Positions 1 to 9,923 of a stretch of 64,000 nucleotides of DNA are shown here, one piece after another; the stretch's first letter is position 1; each line of letters opens with the position of its first letter. Both the position numbers and the translations under genes were made by a program. The notes beneath the pieces were generated by a model, which worked only from the letters and a program-made list of their open reading frames with translations, was not told where the DNA came from and searched no databases. The stretch covers positions 1 through 64,000 of IMG/VR virus record IMGVR_UViG_3300020167_000001; one strand, 5' to 3'. The DNA comes from a virus.

Positions 1-489
1 ATTAATATCTATTTTAAATAATGTGTTTATTGTTACTACTCCAAACAATTTTTTTTCTTTCAGTTTCATAAATCATTATATAATTTTTTATATTAAATGA
101 TTTAAAACTTGTATCAATATAAGAAAGACAGTTATTTACAGCCTTTGTAATACTATCAGTTTTATATACTGTTTTATTATTTAAATGTACTTCATACATT
201 ATATTTATGATTAAATGGTTAATATTTATCTATGGTTTTTACAAGTAATAGCTACCAGCCTGAAGCTGCCTCCGTATTTTACTAAGCATTACAATCTCCA
301 TTACTTGCTATCAAATCTACTTATAAGTGTGTTGTTACACCAAATAGTACTACTTATTTCTCAGGTGAAACTTGTTGGGGTTCTTTTACCAAACCTTATG
401 TAATTCACTCCTGTAAGGACTAACTCTTTAAAAGATGCATATTGCCAATGCTACTTCCTTATAAGTTGTAGTCTTTAGAACTACTAGAT

Positions 490-912
490 TTAAATATTAA
501 TTAAAAAGATATATCCTATAAAGAATAATAAACCTGTGGCAGCTATTGCTACTCTTTCAGGATAAGCTAATTCAAAAAATGCTGTTGAAGTAGAAGAATC
601 AGCCTTAAATCTTTTAGGATAATTTTTTACATCTATATCATTTCTTTGAGCATAATATGCTCCATCATGAATGTAAGGAAATATAAATGCCAGACTTAAA
701 GGAAATATGGCAGTTTCCATTGTTATTCCTATAACAAATAAGAAAATACCTCTCTGTAGGAAATATATCCAATGAATGTTGGGATATTGTTTATTAGCTC
801 TTACAGCTGCATCATAATAATACCCTTCTCTTATTCCTTCAAGAATGCTATATACAATCCATAAAAGGAGAATTACTATACTAGTTACGGTCTTTTCCAT
901 CTCTCCACTCAA
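490..912 (-). CDS. hypothetical membrane protein
   Basis: 140-aa ORF with 3-4 hydrophobic segments, in the leftward gene run. Confidence 0.6.
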   Translation of the reverse strand: MSGEMEKTVTSIVILLLWIVYSILEGIREGYYYDAAVRANKQYPNIHWIYFLQRGIFLFVIGITMETAIFPLSLAFIFPYIHDGAYYAQRNDIDVKNYPKRFKADSSTSTAFFELAYPERVAIAATGLLFFIGYIFLINI

Positions 913-1117
913 TAAAAGGTTGTAAAGTAACAGCTACAAATACTGATGTAATTAGTAAACATATTAAGAGAATAACCCAAAAGCCATTATCACCTAATAT
1001 TTCTGTTAAGTCACTAAAAAAATAATAAGAAAAAGCACCCATAATTGCATAGGCAGCAAAAATCCATAATAGTTTTAAAGGATTTTTCCACAAGTAAGTT
1101 AAATAAGTTTTTATCAT
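881..1117 (-). CDS. small membrane protein
   Basis: 78 aa, two hydrophobic helices, A-rich leader. Confidence 0.6.
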   Translation of the reverse strand: MIKTYLTYLWKNPLKLLWIFAAYAIMGAFSYYFFSDLTEILGDNGFWVILLICLLITSVFVAVTLQPFIEWRDGKDRN

Positions 1118-1138
1118 GATTTTAAATTTTTAATAAAA

Positions 1139-1339
1139 TTAAGTTAATAAAATTGAATCAACAATAGTTTCTACAATTGTTAAGTTTTCATTATCAGGAG
1201 AGTCTAATAAGTGTAGTAATCCTTCATGTTTTTCAGCATCAATAAGATTTTCTCTTAACATAAAATCTATCTTACTACATAATACACCACATCTTCTAAA
1301 ATTTCTTGAAGATTCAGAATATAAATCAGACTTCGTCAT
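1139..1339 (-). CDS. small protein with the 'SPDxEN' helical module (paralog of the C-termini of the 28834-29710 genes)
   Basis: LIDAEKHEGLLHLLDSPDNENLTIVETIV matches TIDLSEYIRLKEMTESPDKENIEVVKQIL of the 28834 ORF. Confidence 0.65.
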   Translation of the reverse strand: MTKSDLYSESSRNFRRCGVLCSKIDFMLRENLIDAEKHEGLLHLLDSPDNENLTIVETIVDSILLT

Positions 1340-1580
1340 CTCCTTCTTTGAGCATTAATAACATCTTATCTCTTTCTTGAATAGAGTCTAATCTTGGTTT
1401 ATCAAGCTCAATAATGCATTCACCTCCTAGTTCGAGGTCTGTCTCTACTTCATCAAGTAGTTTGATTGTTTTAGCCAGCTTATTAGCTAGTGGTCGAGTG
1501 CTTGCTTGTTCAAGTAATCTTTTTTGAACATATTTCAAAGCCTCTTTTTCTTGTGCAAATTTTTTAAGGTTTATATTCAT
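1326..1580 (-). CDS. hypothetical protein
   Basis: 84-aa ORF overlapping the next gene. Confidence 0.6.
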   Translation of the reverse strand: MNINLKKFAQEKEALKYVQKRLLEQASTRPLANKLAKTIKLLDEVETDLELGGECIIELDKPRLDSIQERDKMLLMLKEGDDEV

Positions 1581-1597
1581 GATTGATAGTTTAAATA

Positions 1598-1731
1598 AAC
1601 TAGAATAGAGGTCAGTTGCAGTGATTCACCGTGATAGCCAGAACTGCACTAACTACCAATAAGTTCAGCTACGCTAACTTATCATGTTGGCCGGTCAGGA
1701 TTACCTGTCTCTTCATAGACATATTCTAGTT
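1598..1731 (-). ncRNA. candidate structured intergenic RNA / leader
   Basis: closing inverted repeat AACTAGAATA/TATTCTAGTT enclosing hairpins TGCAGT..ACTGCA, TAAGTTcAGC-TAC-GCTAACTTA and CAGG-ATTA-CCTG; strand inferred from flanking genes. Confidence 0.4.
1659..1681. repeat. 23-bp hairpin repeat, copy 1 (ATAAGTTCAGCTACGCTAACTTA)
   Basis: identical copy at 6804-6826. Confidence 0.9.
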
Positions 1732-1945
1732 ATGATTAAAAAAAGAAGCCGAGTGTGTGTTAAAGAAAAACGTCCTAGGAATAGACTAAAACTTTAACAT
1801 TTTTCACAATCGGCTTTATTTTTATAGATGGAACCAAAATAAGATTTATCAAATATCTCTTTGTTTCTTGCTTGAATAGCTCGAGCTTTTATTTTAGATA
1901 AATGATAAAGACTATACTTGGATGGTAAAAATTTCTTTGACATGT

Positions 1946-2437
1946 TTACAACAATAATAAGATTCTCCTATCACCCCAATGATACTCGATACTTTCCATT
2001 TCAGGTTCTTCATATTCAACTTCCATAACTCTGTCTACTTCACATGCTGTTTTAGGTTGTTCAACCGGAGCATGCATTCTAAATATAGAACCGCCTGTAC
2101 CAGCAACACCTGATAACATAGTTCTATTATGAGAAGTTTCATAAATAGCAACAGTACCAGCTTTAGTTTTATACCCTACATAAATAGGTTTACCTAATGT
2201 TATTGCTTCTGCTAATTCTCTGTTGCAACCACAGGGTAAATACTTAGTATCAATATGCCAAGAATTATCTGAAGTAAGTAATAAAAATATGTCTGATTTT
2301 CTTAAATCTGAATTATCATATCTTGACTCTCTATCCCATACTGTTACATGAAATGTATTATCAATATGGGCTACATAGTCAAGTACATTACCCCAGTTCA
2401 TTTGAACCGGGGCACTGATATATACTGACTTACTCAT
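1946..2437 (-). CDS. nucleoside 2-deoxyribosyltransferase-like (flavodoxin-fold) protein
   Basis: VYISAP ... DLRKSDIFLLL ... GCNRELAEAITLGKPIYV matches the NDT/DUF4406-like pattern. Confidence 0.5.
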   Translation of the reverse strand: MSKSVYISAPVQMNWGNVLDYVAHIDNTFHVTVWDRESRYDNSDLRKSDIFLLLTSDNSWHIDTKYLPCGCNRELAEAITLGKPIYVGYKTKAGTVAIYETSHNRTMLSGVAGTGGSIFRMHAPVEQPKTACEVDRVMEVEYEEPEMESIEYHWGDRRILLLL

Positions 2438-2775
2438 TATTCAGAAACAGTTGAAGTTTCACCAAAGTATTTATTAAATGATTCAGTTTTTGCTTTTAAC
2501 TCAACATTTAATAATACTAATTCAAATTCAATTTGAATAAGCTTTTTGAATCTTGCTTCACAATCTTCTTTGGTCATTTGAGAAACACCGCGATTGATGT
2601 TAGTATCCAAAGTGAAATTAGATAATTCAAAAATCTCATCTTCATACTTTTCTTTTTTAGCAACTAATGTATCAATCACATCTCTTTGGATGTTTCTTTT
2701 CATTGATGTTGCATAATTCTCAGCTCTTTCAGCTACAGTTTTGTTGGTTTTAAGTAATTCTAATGCTTTGTTCAT
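2437..2775 (-). CDS. hypothetical coiled-coil protein
   Basis: 112-aa helical ORF, translationally coupled to the 1946 gene. Confidence 0.65.
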   Translation of the reverse strand: MNKALELLKTNKTVAERAENYATSMKRNIQRDVIDTLVAKKEKYEDEIFELSNFTLDTNINRGVSQMTKEDCEARFKKLIQIEFELVLLNVELKAKTESFNKYFGETSTVSE

Positions 2776-2814
2776 TTTTTAGGGTTTTTAAGGTTAGTTT
2801 TTAAGGTTAATTTT

Positions 2815-3045
2815 TTAATCTTCATCTTTAAGAGTCATTACATTACATATATACTCGCCTATCTCAGCAATAGATGTAATGTTTTCTTCATCTCTCATTA
2901 AAAATATATTGGTTCTTTCTTGATAAATTTCATTACCATCAAAACCATATACTGTAACAGGATAAATTTCTTCTGTAGAAGAATAATCAATGACTACTAG
3001 TGATGCTGGAAAAAATTCATACGGTAATTCAATTTCTTGTATCAT
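2815..3045 (-). CDS. hypothetical acidic protein
   Basis: 76-aa ORF. Confidence 0.55.
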   Translation of the reverse strand: MIQEIELPYEFFPASLVVIDYSSTEEIYPVTVYGFDGNEIYQERTNIFLMRDEENITSIAEIGEYICNVMTLKDED

Positions 3046-3351
3046 AATTTTTAATTAAATGAATAATAAACCCTGAAGGGCCAGGCTGAGTTTCCACCTG
3101 TAGATTTTGGTTAGTGTGTTTGGTGACAGTGTTGTATCGTAGATCTTACTCTACCTCATATTCTGGGTAAGACTAGAAGCTTTCATACCAAAAAGTTATT
3201 CTTCCAGGGTTCTTGGTTCGATAAGCAGTTCAAGATTACTCTTTGATCCTCTGCTTGATATTTTTTTAATATACATGCTCACAAAGTAACTCAAAGAGTG
3301 CTGTCGTAATGTATATAGTAAAGAAAATAACAAAACTTATAGGAGCTCCAC

Positions 3352-3726
3352 CTAATATTGTATTAATTTATACCTATTCTTATTAAATTCTAATCGGGCA
3401 CTGTGATCATCTGAGAAATCAACATCTATATAAAATGTACCTGTAATAGTAACATGTACTACTAGAAATTTTATTTCATGAGTTGCTGTTTCAAACTCAA
3501 TAAGATATTTATGGTCTTTCTCACATTTAGCTGTAAAAGAGTTTTTCCCTACAGCTATTTTTTCTTTAACATATGTATTTTTTTCAGCATCTAATTTATA
3601 AATTACATATGTGATATTTGTTTCATTTAAGAAACTACCTTTTAATTGAAGAAATTTAGGCTCCTTCTCTTTTCCTACAAGACTTGTTACTAATAGTACA
3701 AGACTCATTAATAATATTTTTTTCAT
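3352..3726 (-). CDS. exported hypothetical protein
   Basis: N-terminal signal peptide MKKILLMSLVLLVTSL; AAACCAAC leader. Confidence 0.65.
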   Translation of the reverse strand: MKKILLMSLVLLVTSLVGKEKEPKFLQLKGSFLNETNITYVIYKLDAEKNTYVKEKIAVGKNSFTAKCEKDHKYLIEFETATHEIKFLVVHVTITGTFYIDVDFSDDHSARLEFNKNRYKLIQY

Positions 3727-3831
3727 GGTTGTTGGTTTTTAGGTTAAATGTTTGAATTACTTTAATTAAATAACTGGAGGGACCTCGTACTATATCACAC
3801 TCTTTTATAAGGACAGTTATCTTCATTTTTA

Positions 3832-4191
3832 TTAGAAACGTGAATCTAACAAGTCTTTAGCAAAAGCTATAGATTTGTTAATGTTGTCAAATGCTTCTTG
3901 AGCATCCAACAATGCTTCTTGACAACCAATCACATTGTTATAGTAACCTTCCTGGTTAGCTATTAACACTGATGGATAAATTGCTTTTTCTAAGTTTTCT
4001 TTTGCAGTATCTAATGCAATTTCTGCATTGATCTTAGAGCTCTCTAGAGCACTGATTTGACCATTGATAGAAGCTTTAGCTAATTTCTCATTACGAGCTG
4101 CTAAAATAGCATCTTTATCACCTGTGATAAATGCTAATACTCTTGCTGCAAATTTACTGATGTTCATGTTTTCTGTGTTTTCTTGTGACAT
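3832..4191 (-). CDS. hypothetical coiled-coil protein
   Basis: 119-aa Ala/Glu/Lys-rich ORF. Confidence 0.7.
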   Translation of the reverse strand: MSQENTENMNISKFAARVLAFITGDKDAILAARNEKLAKASINGQISALESSKINAEIALDTAKENLEKAIYPSVLIANQEGYYNNVIGCQEALLDAQEAFDNINKSIAFAKDLLDSRF

Positions 4192-4209
4192 GGTTTGTTG
4201 TTTTTTGGG

Positions 4210-6693
4210 TTATTTATTTATGATTACTAATTTACTTCTTTTAGTCTTTTCTCTGTTGACTATAACAGGTTCTTGATAATTTACTAATGCAGATACATCA
4301 GACATTTTAGCTTTCTTTGGTAAAGTTTTAAACATTGATTCTTCACCGTGTACAAATTTAACAATAGGAGCAAAGGTATGACTAGCTGTATCATAAACAA
4401 TACATAGTCCAGGATGAGATATAAAAGCTGAACCTTCCCATCTTAATTCTTCACTAACCATACAATCATGACCATATGTATCCTTTACTACAGTACCTTT
4501 AGGATACTTTAATTTACAATAAGCTAAGATTTCCTCCTTAGTGGCACTTCTGTCTGGTTCTTTTGTAGCTGACCATCTTATAGATGTATTAAAAGATGTA
4601 GCAGCTTTAGAAATTTCAGGCATACTGATTAATTCAGCTTTTATTGCCTTATCCAAAACAAAAGCTTCATAATCTTCTCTTGTTGCAGGAACAAATGAAC
4701 CATCCGCTAATCTTCCACATTCAATAAGAATTCTTGGCCAAGTTATACTGTTAAACTCTTTAGGTGGAGGATTATCTGTAGATAATATATTATCTTGATG
4801 TGTGTGTCCATAAGATACTATTTTTACATACTTAGGTATACCATTATTGATTTCATACTTAGATACATTTTCTAAAGATTTTACATCATACGGTTTACCT
4901 TCACGTTTATAACGAGTTTTCTCATTAGTTAAAGCTTTTCTTACTTCTACCAAACATAAAGGAATAGAATTATTATTTTCATAATATAGGTTAGGATTCT
5001 CACTTGTACCATAATTTACAACTTGGTAGCAATAATTAAGTTTACCATTATAACTAGTACTAGGTTTGGTAACAACAATACAACTTCCAATAGGATATTT
5101 AAGCTGTAATAATCTACTACGTTCTGCATTGGGAAACACATTAGATTTAAAATCAGAATAAGATATCTCTTTACCAAACTCTTTGTGGTTATCAGTAGAA
5201 TTTCTATTATGACATTTACCGTGTCTGGTATGCATTCCTACAACCGAGCCTATTTCTAATTTAAGTTCTGAAAGATTACCGTCCCATCTCCACATTTCAG
5301 CATCCCATAAATTATCTTTGGTTACAGTCATATACCAATGTAAAGGGAAAGTATCGGGTATATGTGTATTATTATCTGGTTCTCTCATGATGTCTCTTTT
5401 AAATTGTTCAGTTGTAATTTCAGTATGGTCTGGATGTTTAACACTATCAGCATAATAATGACCATCACCTGAATGACCGGATCCACCATAATTAATAGAA
5501 TGCATCCAACCATCTGATAATGAGTGACCATGAGAACCATCTTCTCGAGTATTAGCCCAGTTATTTAATATAACATAATTGTCTGCTGTACGTTTAACAA
5601 CCCACTTATGATTGTGTGCTGGCAATACAGGAGTCATACCAATTCTAGTTACATCAACAGGTTTATCTTGAATATTATATTCCATGATTTCTTGTGTAGT
5701 AGCATATCTCCATAAAGAAGTCTTATTAATAGTTGCAATAGTATTACCATTATTTACACCAGATGTATCTTTATAAACACGTAAGTAATCAGCATCTAAT
5801 CTTTGTTTAAACACATGATTTTTAGGCAAAGATGAGGATATATCCTCTAATGTAACAATGTAATCATCTTTAAGAAATTGAGATCGTTCAGGTTTGACTG
5901 TCTCTTTAGGAGAATATATCTGTGTTTCAGGTCCTTCACAGGCTTCAAACTTCCATACACCTCCATTAAGAGAATAATCACTTATAAGACCATCTGTGTC
6001 ACGTTTTATATAAACACTGCCTTCTATGTGCAATCCAGGATAAGTTTTGTAAACATTTCCTTTTTTAAATGTATGACCTGTTGTATCACAAAAGCAACAA
6101 CGTACATAAGATGGATACTTTGATACACTAACTGTTTTCATAATCTTATCGGAATGACCATCTGGTAAAAAAGCTTGTATTTCAGTTAAGTCACTCATAG
6201 GACCTAATTCTAAAGCTTTTGCTATACTTGGTCTACTGGTCCAATAAGATTTTGCATGATATCTACCATCAGCATCAATAGTTTCACCTTTAAGTTGTAC
6301 ATAACTATCTTGAATATGATTAAGAACTTTAATGTAATCCCATTTTTTAGTATAGTCATTATTAGCTCTATACCATTTTCCAAATATGAAACCTTCTGCT
6401 TGTACTTTAAAAGAAGCCATTGCTATCTCGCGAGGTACAAAAGTATCTTTATTAATACATTCATCTAACCAATGTTTTTCTTCTGGGGTAGCTAGTCTGA
6501 TATCAGGAAGACTATATGCATAATTTTGAGTTAAAAAATGTTTACCTTCTATTACAAGACACTTTGTATTTTCATTGATACCCTTAAAAATAAGTATTTG
6601 TCTTGTATCATAAACATAGTATTCTCCTAGTTTTAGATCTTCTCTTTTCATTGTTTTAATATTTAGGGTTAATAATTTGATAATTGAATGCAC
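4210..6693 (-). CDS. large modular hypothetical protein with repeated RxATxxE modules
   Basis: 827-aa ORF (start may be the MKREDL Met); IRLATPEE, WRYATTQE, VRKALTNE, FVPATRED, RSATKEE. Confidence 0.75.
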   Translation of the reverse strand: MHSIIKLLTLNIKTMKREDLKLGEYYVYDTRQILIFKGINENTKCLVIEGKHFLTQNYAYSLPDIRLATPEEKHWLDECINKDTFVPREIAMASFKVQAEGFIFGKWYRANNDYTKKWDYIKVLNHIQDSYVQLKGETIDADGRYHAKSYWTSRPSIAKALELGPMSDLTEIQAFLPDGHSDKIMKTVSVSKYPSYVRCCFCDTTGHTFKKGNVYKTYPGLHIEGSVYIKRDTDGLISDYSLNGGVWKFEACEGPETQIYSPKETVKPERSQFLKDDYIVTLEDISSSLPKNHVFKQRLDADYLRVYKDTSGVNNGNTIATINKTSLWRYATTQEIMEYNIQDKPVDVTRIGMTPVLPAHNHKWVVKRTADNYVILNNWANTREDGSHGHSLSDGWMHSINYGGSGHSGDGHYYADSVKHPDHTEITTEQFKRDIMREPDNNTHIPDTFPLHWYMTVTKDNLWDAEMWRWDGNLSELKLEIGSVVGMHTRHGKCHNRNSTDNHKEFGKEISYSDFKSNVFPNAERSRLLQLKYPIGSCIVVTKPSTSYNGKLNYCYQVVNYGTSENPNLYYENNNSIPLCLVEVRKALTNEKTRYKREGKPYDVKSLENVSKYEINNGIPKYVKIVSYGHTHQDNILSTDNPPPKEFNSITWPRILIECGRLADGSFVPATREDYEAFVLDKAIKAELISMPEISKAATSFNTSIRWSATKEPDRSATKEEILAYCKLKYPKGTVVKDTYGHDCMVSEELRWEGSAFISHPGLCIVYDTASHTFAPIVKFVHGEESMFKTLPKKAKMSDVSALVNYQEPVIVNREKTKRSKLVIINK

Positions 6694-6803
6694 CTGGTAC
6701 TATATGCATTATTTAACAAGACAATTATCTATTTAATGACTAGCATCTCTCACTGTCCTACAGAGTGTAGGTGATTTAGAGGTTCTTTCAGCTTACAGAT
6801 TCC

Positions 6804-6826
6804 ATAAGTTCAGCTACGCTAACTTA
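6804..6826. repeat. 23-bp hairpin repeat, copy 2
   Basis: identical to 1659-1681. Confidence 0.9.
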
Positions 6827-6893
6827 CTCAGCAATCATTAAAGGGAAGTGACAAAGTCCCTGATAAAAAGGTTGAATAGTCTAAAATAAAATC

Positions 6894-7149
6894 AATGATA
6901 AAGTCAAAGACCTTTCTCTGCGTTCAAAGGCAAAGGTAAAAACTAAGTCTTGTTGTGCATCCTCACAGAGCCATCCACCCTTATGGGCTTCAACACGGAT
7001 CTGTTTTTTATGAGGTGTGTCCAATTGTTCCCTATATGGTAACCTGTACACGGTTGGTATCTTTTGTGAAAAGACCCGGCAAAACTAGTTTAATTTTTTA
7101 CAGAGAAAGCGGTTTGGAGCTCTCTAAGAGAGCAGTTTAATTTATCATT
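6894..7149 (-). ncRNA. candidate structured ncRNA downstream of the 306-aa gene
   Basis: nested inverted repeats AATGATAAA/TTTATCATT and CTTTCTCTG/CAGAGAAAG, plus internal hairpins; no credible ORF. Confidence 0.45.
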
Positions 7150-7248
7150 AACAGTGATATATTTTATAATATTTTTAGTAACCTTTTTACCAGGAGTAAA
7201 GAGTAAGAGAATCAGCTTATGCCTATCTCTTACTCACCCTTGAATATG

Positions 7249-8169
7249 TTAGGATTCAGCACCTAAGTCCTTTAAGAACTTATCAATGGTAGCCTGAAAA
7301 CGAGGATCTATTCCAATCCTTAGTGCAGCCGTCTCTTGAATAGAAGCTTGTCTTGCTCCTTCAAATTGCTCAAATTCAACCTTCACAGTATCATTGAACT
7401 TTGCTAAAGCATCTGAATACTCTTGTCTCAATTTTGCATTGATGACATTAGCTTCAGCTTGTTTAACAGCATTCTCTTTAGAGATACGAGCATTCTCTTC
7501 AGTCACTAAGTTCTTAACCTTAGCTTTGAAGTAGTTCACTCTCATCTCATATGAACGGTGTAAAGTAGCCAACTCTTCATGAGTCTTTAATAGTTCATCA
7601 GCTTTATGGTGTACGTCCACCTTTACAGGTGTCTTTTTTCCTAAATCTAATTCTATAAAGTCCAAGGCTTTTACATTATTTAATCCTTTTCGAAGATCAT
7701 CTAATAAACCACCTTTATGAATGAACTGGCCAACATGAGCCGCGTAAGCTTCTTGCTCAAGGTATTCAGCAAACTCTGCTTGAGATAACATATCCCATGC
7801 CCACTCCTCACTAACTAAGTCCGTAGGAGAAAACTCTACATAAGCAGGTTTCTCTGGATTGGGTATTGAATGGGAGAATTGTCTTCTCTTAATCTCAAGC
7901 AATAAAGCATCTTTGGCCTTAATGTTAGTCATTAAGAATGCTTGAGCTGCATGTAACTCACCTTTCTCAATCAACATTTCTTTAACATTACCTGGAAGAG
8001 CTTTTGCTGCTTCTAAAGTGTAAGTGTCTCCGTCTGATTTAAAAGTTTTGCTTGCATTATTAACACCTGCTAAGGCATTAGTAATTTCTTGTGCTCTTTG
8101 ATTACACAAGTTAGAGATACTTGCAGCTTGAGATAAGCTTAATCCTGATTTTTGTAAATTATGTCTCAT
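7249..8169 (-). CDS. hypothetical coiled-coil phage protein
   Basis: 306-aa ORF, helical; followed on its own strand by hairpin GAGTAAGAGA..TCTCTTACTC. Confidence 0.8.
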   Translation of the reverse strand: MRHNLQKSGLSLSQAASISNLCNQRAQEITNALAGVNNASKTFKSDGDTYTLEAAKALPGNVKEMLIEKGELHAAQAFLMTNIKAKDALLLEIKRRQFSHSIPNPEKPAYVEFSPTDLVSEEWAWDMLSQAEFAEYLEQEAYAAHVGQFIHKGGLLDDLRKGLNNVKALDFIELDLGKKTPVKVDVHHKADELLKTHEELATLHRSYEMRVNYFKAKVKNLVTEENARISKENAVKQAEANVINAKLRQEYSDALAKFNDTVKVEFEQFEGARQASIQETAALRIGIDPRFQATIDKFLKDLGAES

Positions 8170-8379
8170 AATATGGCTAAAGGGATGACCTATACTCCCC
8201 AGGTTTTAGTTTGTTTTGATTAATTTGATTATTTTATTCTCCAATATTGACTTGAAGAACGGGTTTCTGTTTTATTTAATGCCTCTAATAATACTAATGC
8301 ATTAGCATAGTTCATAGTAACACTAAAAGATTCTCCTAATGAATTACAAAATGTGTGCATGATATTAATATTAAGGTTT

Positions 8380-8900
8380 ATGTCCTCTGCATTCTATTAA
8401 GGATAGTCGTGTTTACTTGCCGTAGCTTTATAACATAAACACAGTTGGACACTGTCCCTAATAGTCAACCCTTGGAAAGTTGAAATGATGCATTACATGT
8501 CTCTCCTCACAAGGAGGAGAGAAGGAAGGTTTTTCATACCTACAACTGTTGCCAGCAGCTTACTGGCTTAGTTACTCTACTAACTAAAAACTGGAGTGAT
8601 CAGCTCCTACTTCCGAGTAACTTTGAAGTGAGAATAAGTACTGGTAGCTTATACTTTTGTTTGACCTAAAGGTCTAGCACGGATGGGCTCGATTCTAATC
8701 TTTATTCCAACCATATAGGTAGGAGACTTAATCCATTCTGGCAACAGCAGTGGTATCCACAAACGTGGACTCCCTGTATAATACTTCTGTGTAAATTTTA
8801 CTACCAATGTTAATGTGGGCCAGTATTCCTTACATATTATTGCATGAGTTTAAACCTCAGCATATGCCCTACGCTGGCGTTGCCCATAGGAGGAAATGCA
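8380..8900 (-). ncRNA. candidate structured non-coding block
   Basis: no ORF; 10-bp closing stem CTGTTGCCAG(8546)/CTGGCAACAG(8747), hairpins TCTCCTC..GAGGAGA, CAACCCTTGGAAAGTTG and TCCAC..GTGGA. Confidence 0.4.
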
Positions 8901-8901
8901 T

Positions 8902-9036
8902 CTAATGGGTTATGTTATTAGCCCATATACATATTAAAATAGATAGAGGTAGTTGCCAACCATAGGCATACCATGCTAATCCATAGCCTATTAGTTCTAA
9001 TAATAGTGATACAATTACTTTTTGTTTATATGACAT
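8902..9036 (-). CDS. small membrane protein (not in ORF track)
   Basis: MSYKQKVIVSLLLELIGYGLAWYAYGWQLPLSILICIWANNITH*, with A-rich leader. Confidence 0.5.
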   Translation of the reverse strand: MSYKQKVIVSLLLELIGYGLAWYAYGWQLPLSILICIWANNITH

Positions 9037-9527
9037 AAGTTATTAGTTTTAAATGAATTTTAGTTTAGGAAAAATTATGTGAGCCAGGGATCAACAGGGC
9101 ACCTGCTTAAAAAAGTTTACTGCCTGCATTTGCTCAATATGGGTAAATCATTAGTAATTACATATTTGATTAATTTATGTATCCTACCATCGGTAATTAC
9201 TTTCTGAAGGTAATTAAAGTATAGGTGTAAATACTGTTAGGTACTGAGTAGTTTATTAATCATATGTTCAGCATATAATCTTTTATTAATATGTTCTCTT
9301 TAATCCCATACTCCACGCATGGTGTCTATTTACTAATGATTTAATATTGTGACAGGTAAACTGTTTGTGCTCACCTTCTAGCACTAACTATTATTAGAGG
9401 TATGTGGGTTCATCCCACTATGTCCAGTTAATTTTGTACCCTGTCAATGATGGCAAGCCCGTCTATTAGCTGCAAAACGTTAGTACCAATAGCCTTTGGT
9501 GTTTGCGCTTCGGTTGTTGATATAGGT

Positions 9528-9923
9528 TTATAAAGTAGTGATACCTTTTGATTTCAACAATTCTTTTGCTTTATTTATCTCGTGTTCTTCATAGTCAAAA
9601 ATACTAATAAGTTGATTTTCATTAATTCCAACACATTCTGTTAAATTAGAGGTACAAGGTCTATTAAACTCCTTACTTAAATTATATTCAATGTCGCCTT
9701 TTGGATGAGATGAACTAACCGCTTGATAACCTCTAATAAAATACTTTTTTCCTTGATAATATACTTCATCATTTATAATAAATTTATTTTGATAATGAGA
9801 TTTAGCCATTTCTTTTAATCTTAAAAATGCTGTATTATTTGCTAAATCTCCAGCTTCACATTGAAAATCACATTTTGTTAATTGTTCAACTATTTGTTCT
9901 ATTGTTGGCGTTTTATTTTCCAT
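9528..9923 (-). CDS. hypothetical protein
   Basis: 131-aa ORF. Confidence 0.65.
   Translation of the reverse strand: MENKTPTIEQIVEQLTKCDFQCEAGDLANNTAFLRLKEMAKSHYQNKFIINDEVYYQGKKYFIRGYQAVSSSHPKGDIEYNLSKEFNRPCTSNLTECVGINENQLISIFDYEEHEINKAKELLKSKGITTL

Noticed and set aside
6955-7140. 61-aa plus-strand ORF
   Set aside because: Against the local gene direction, non-ATG start, and better explained as part of a structured RNA
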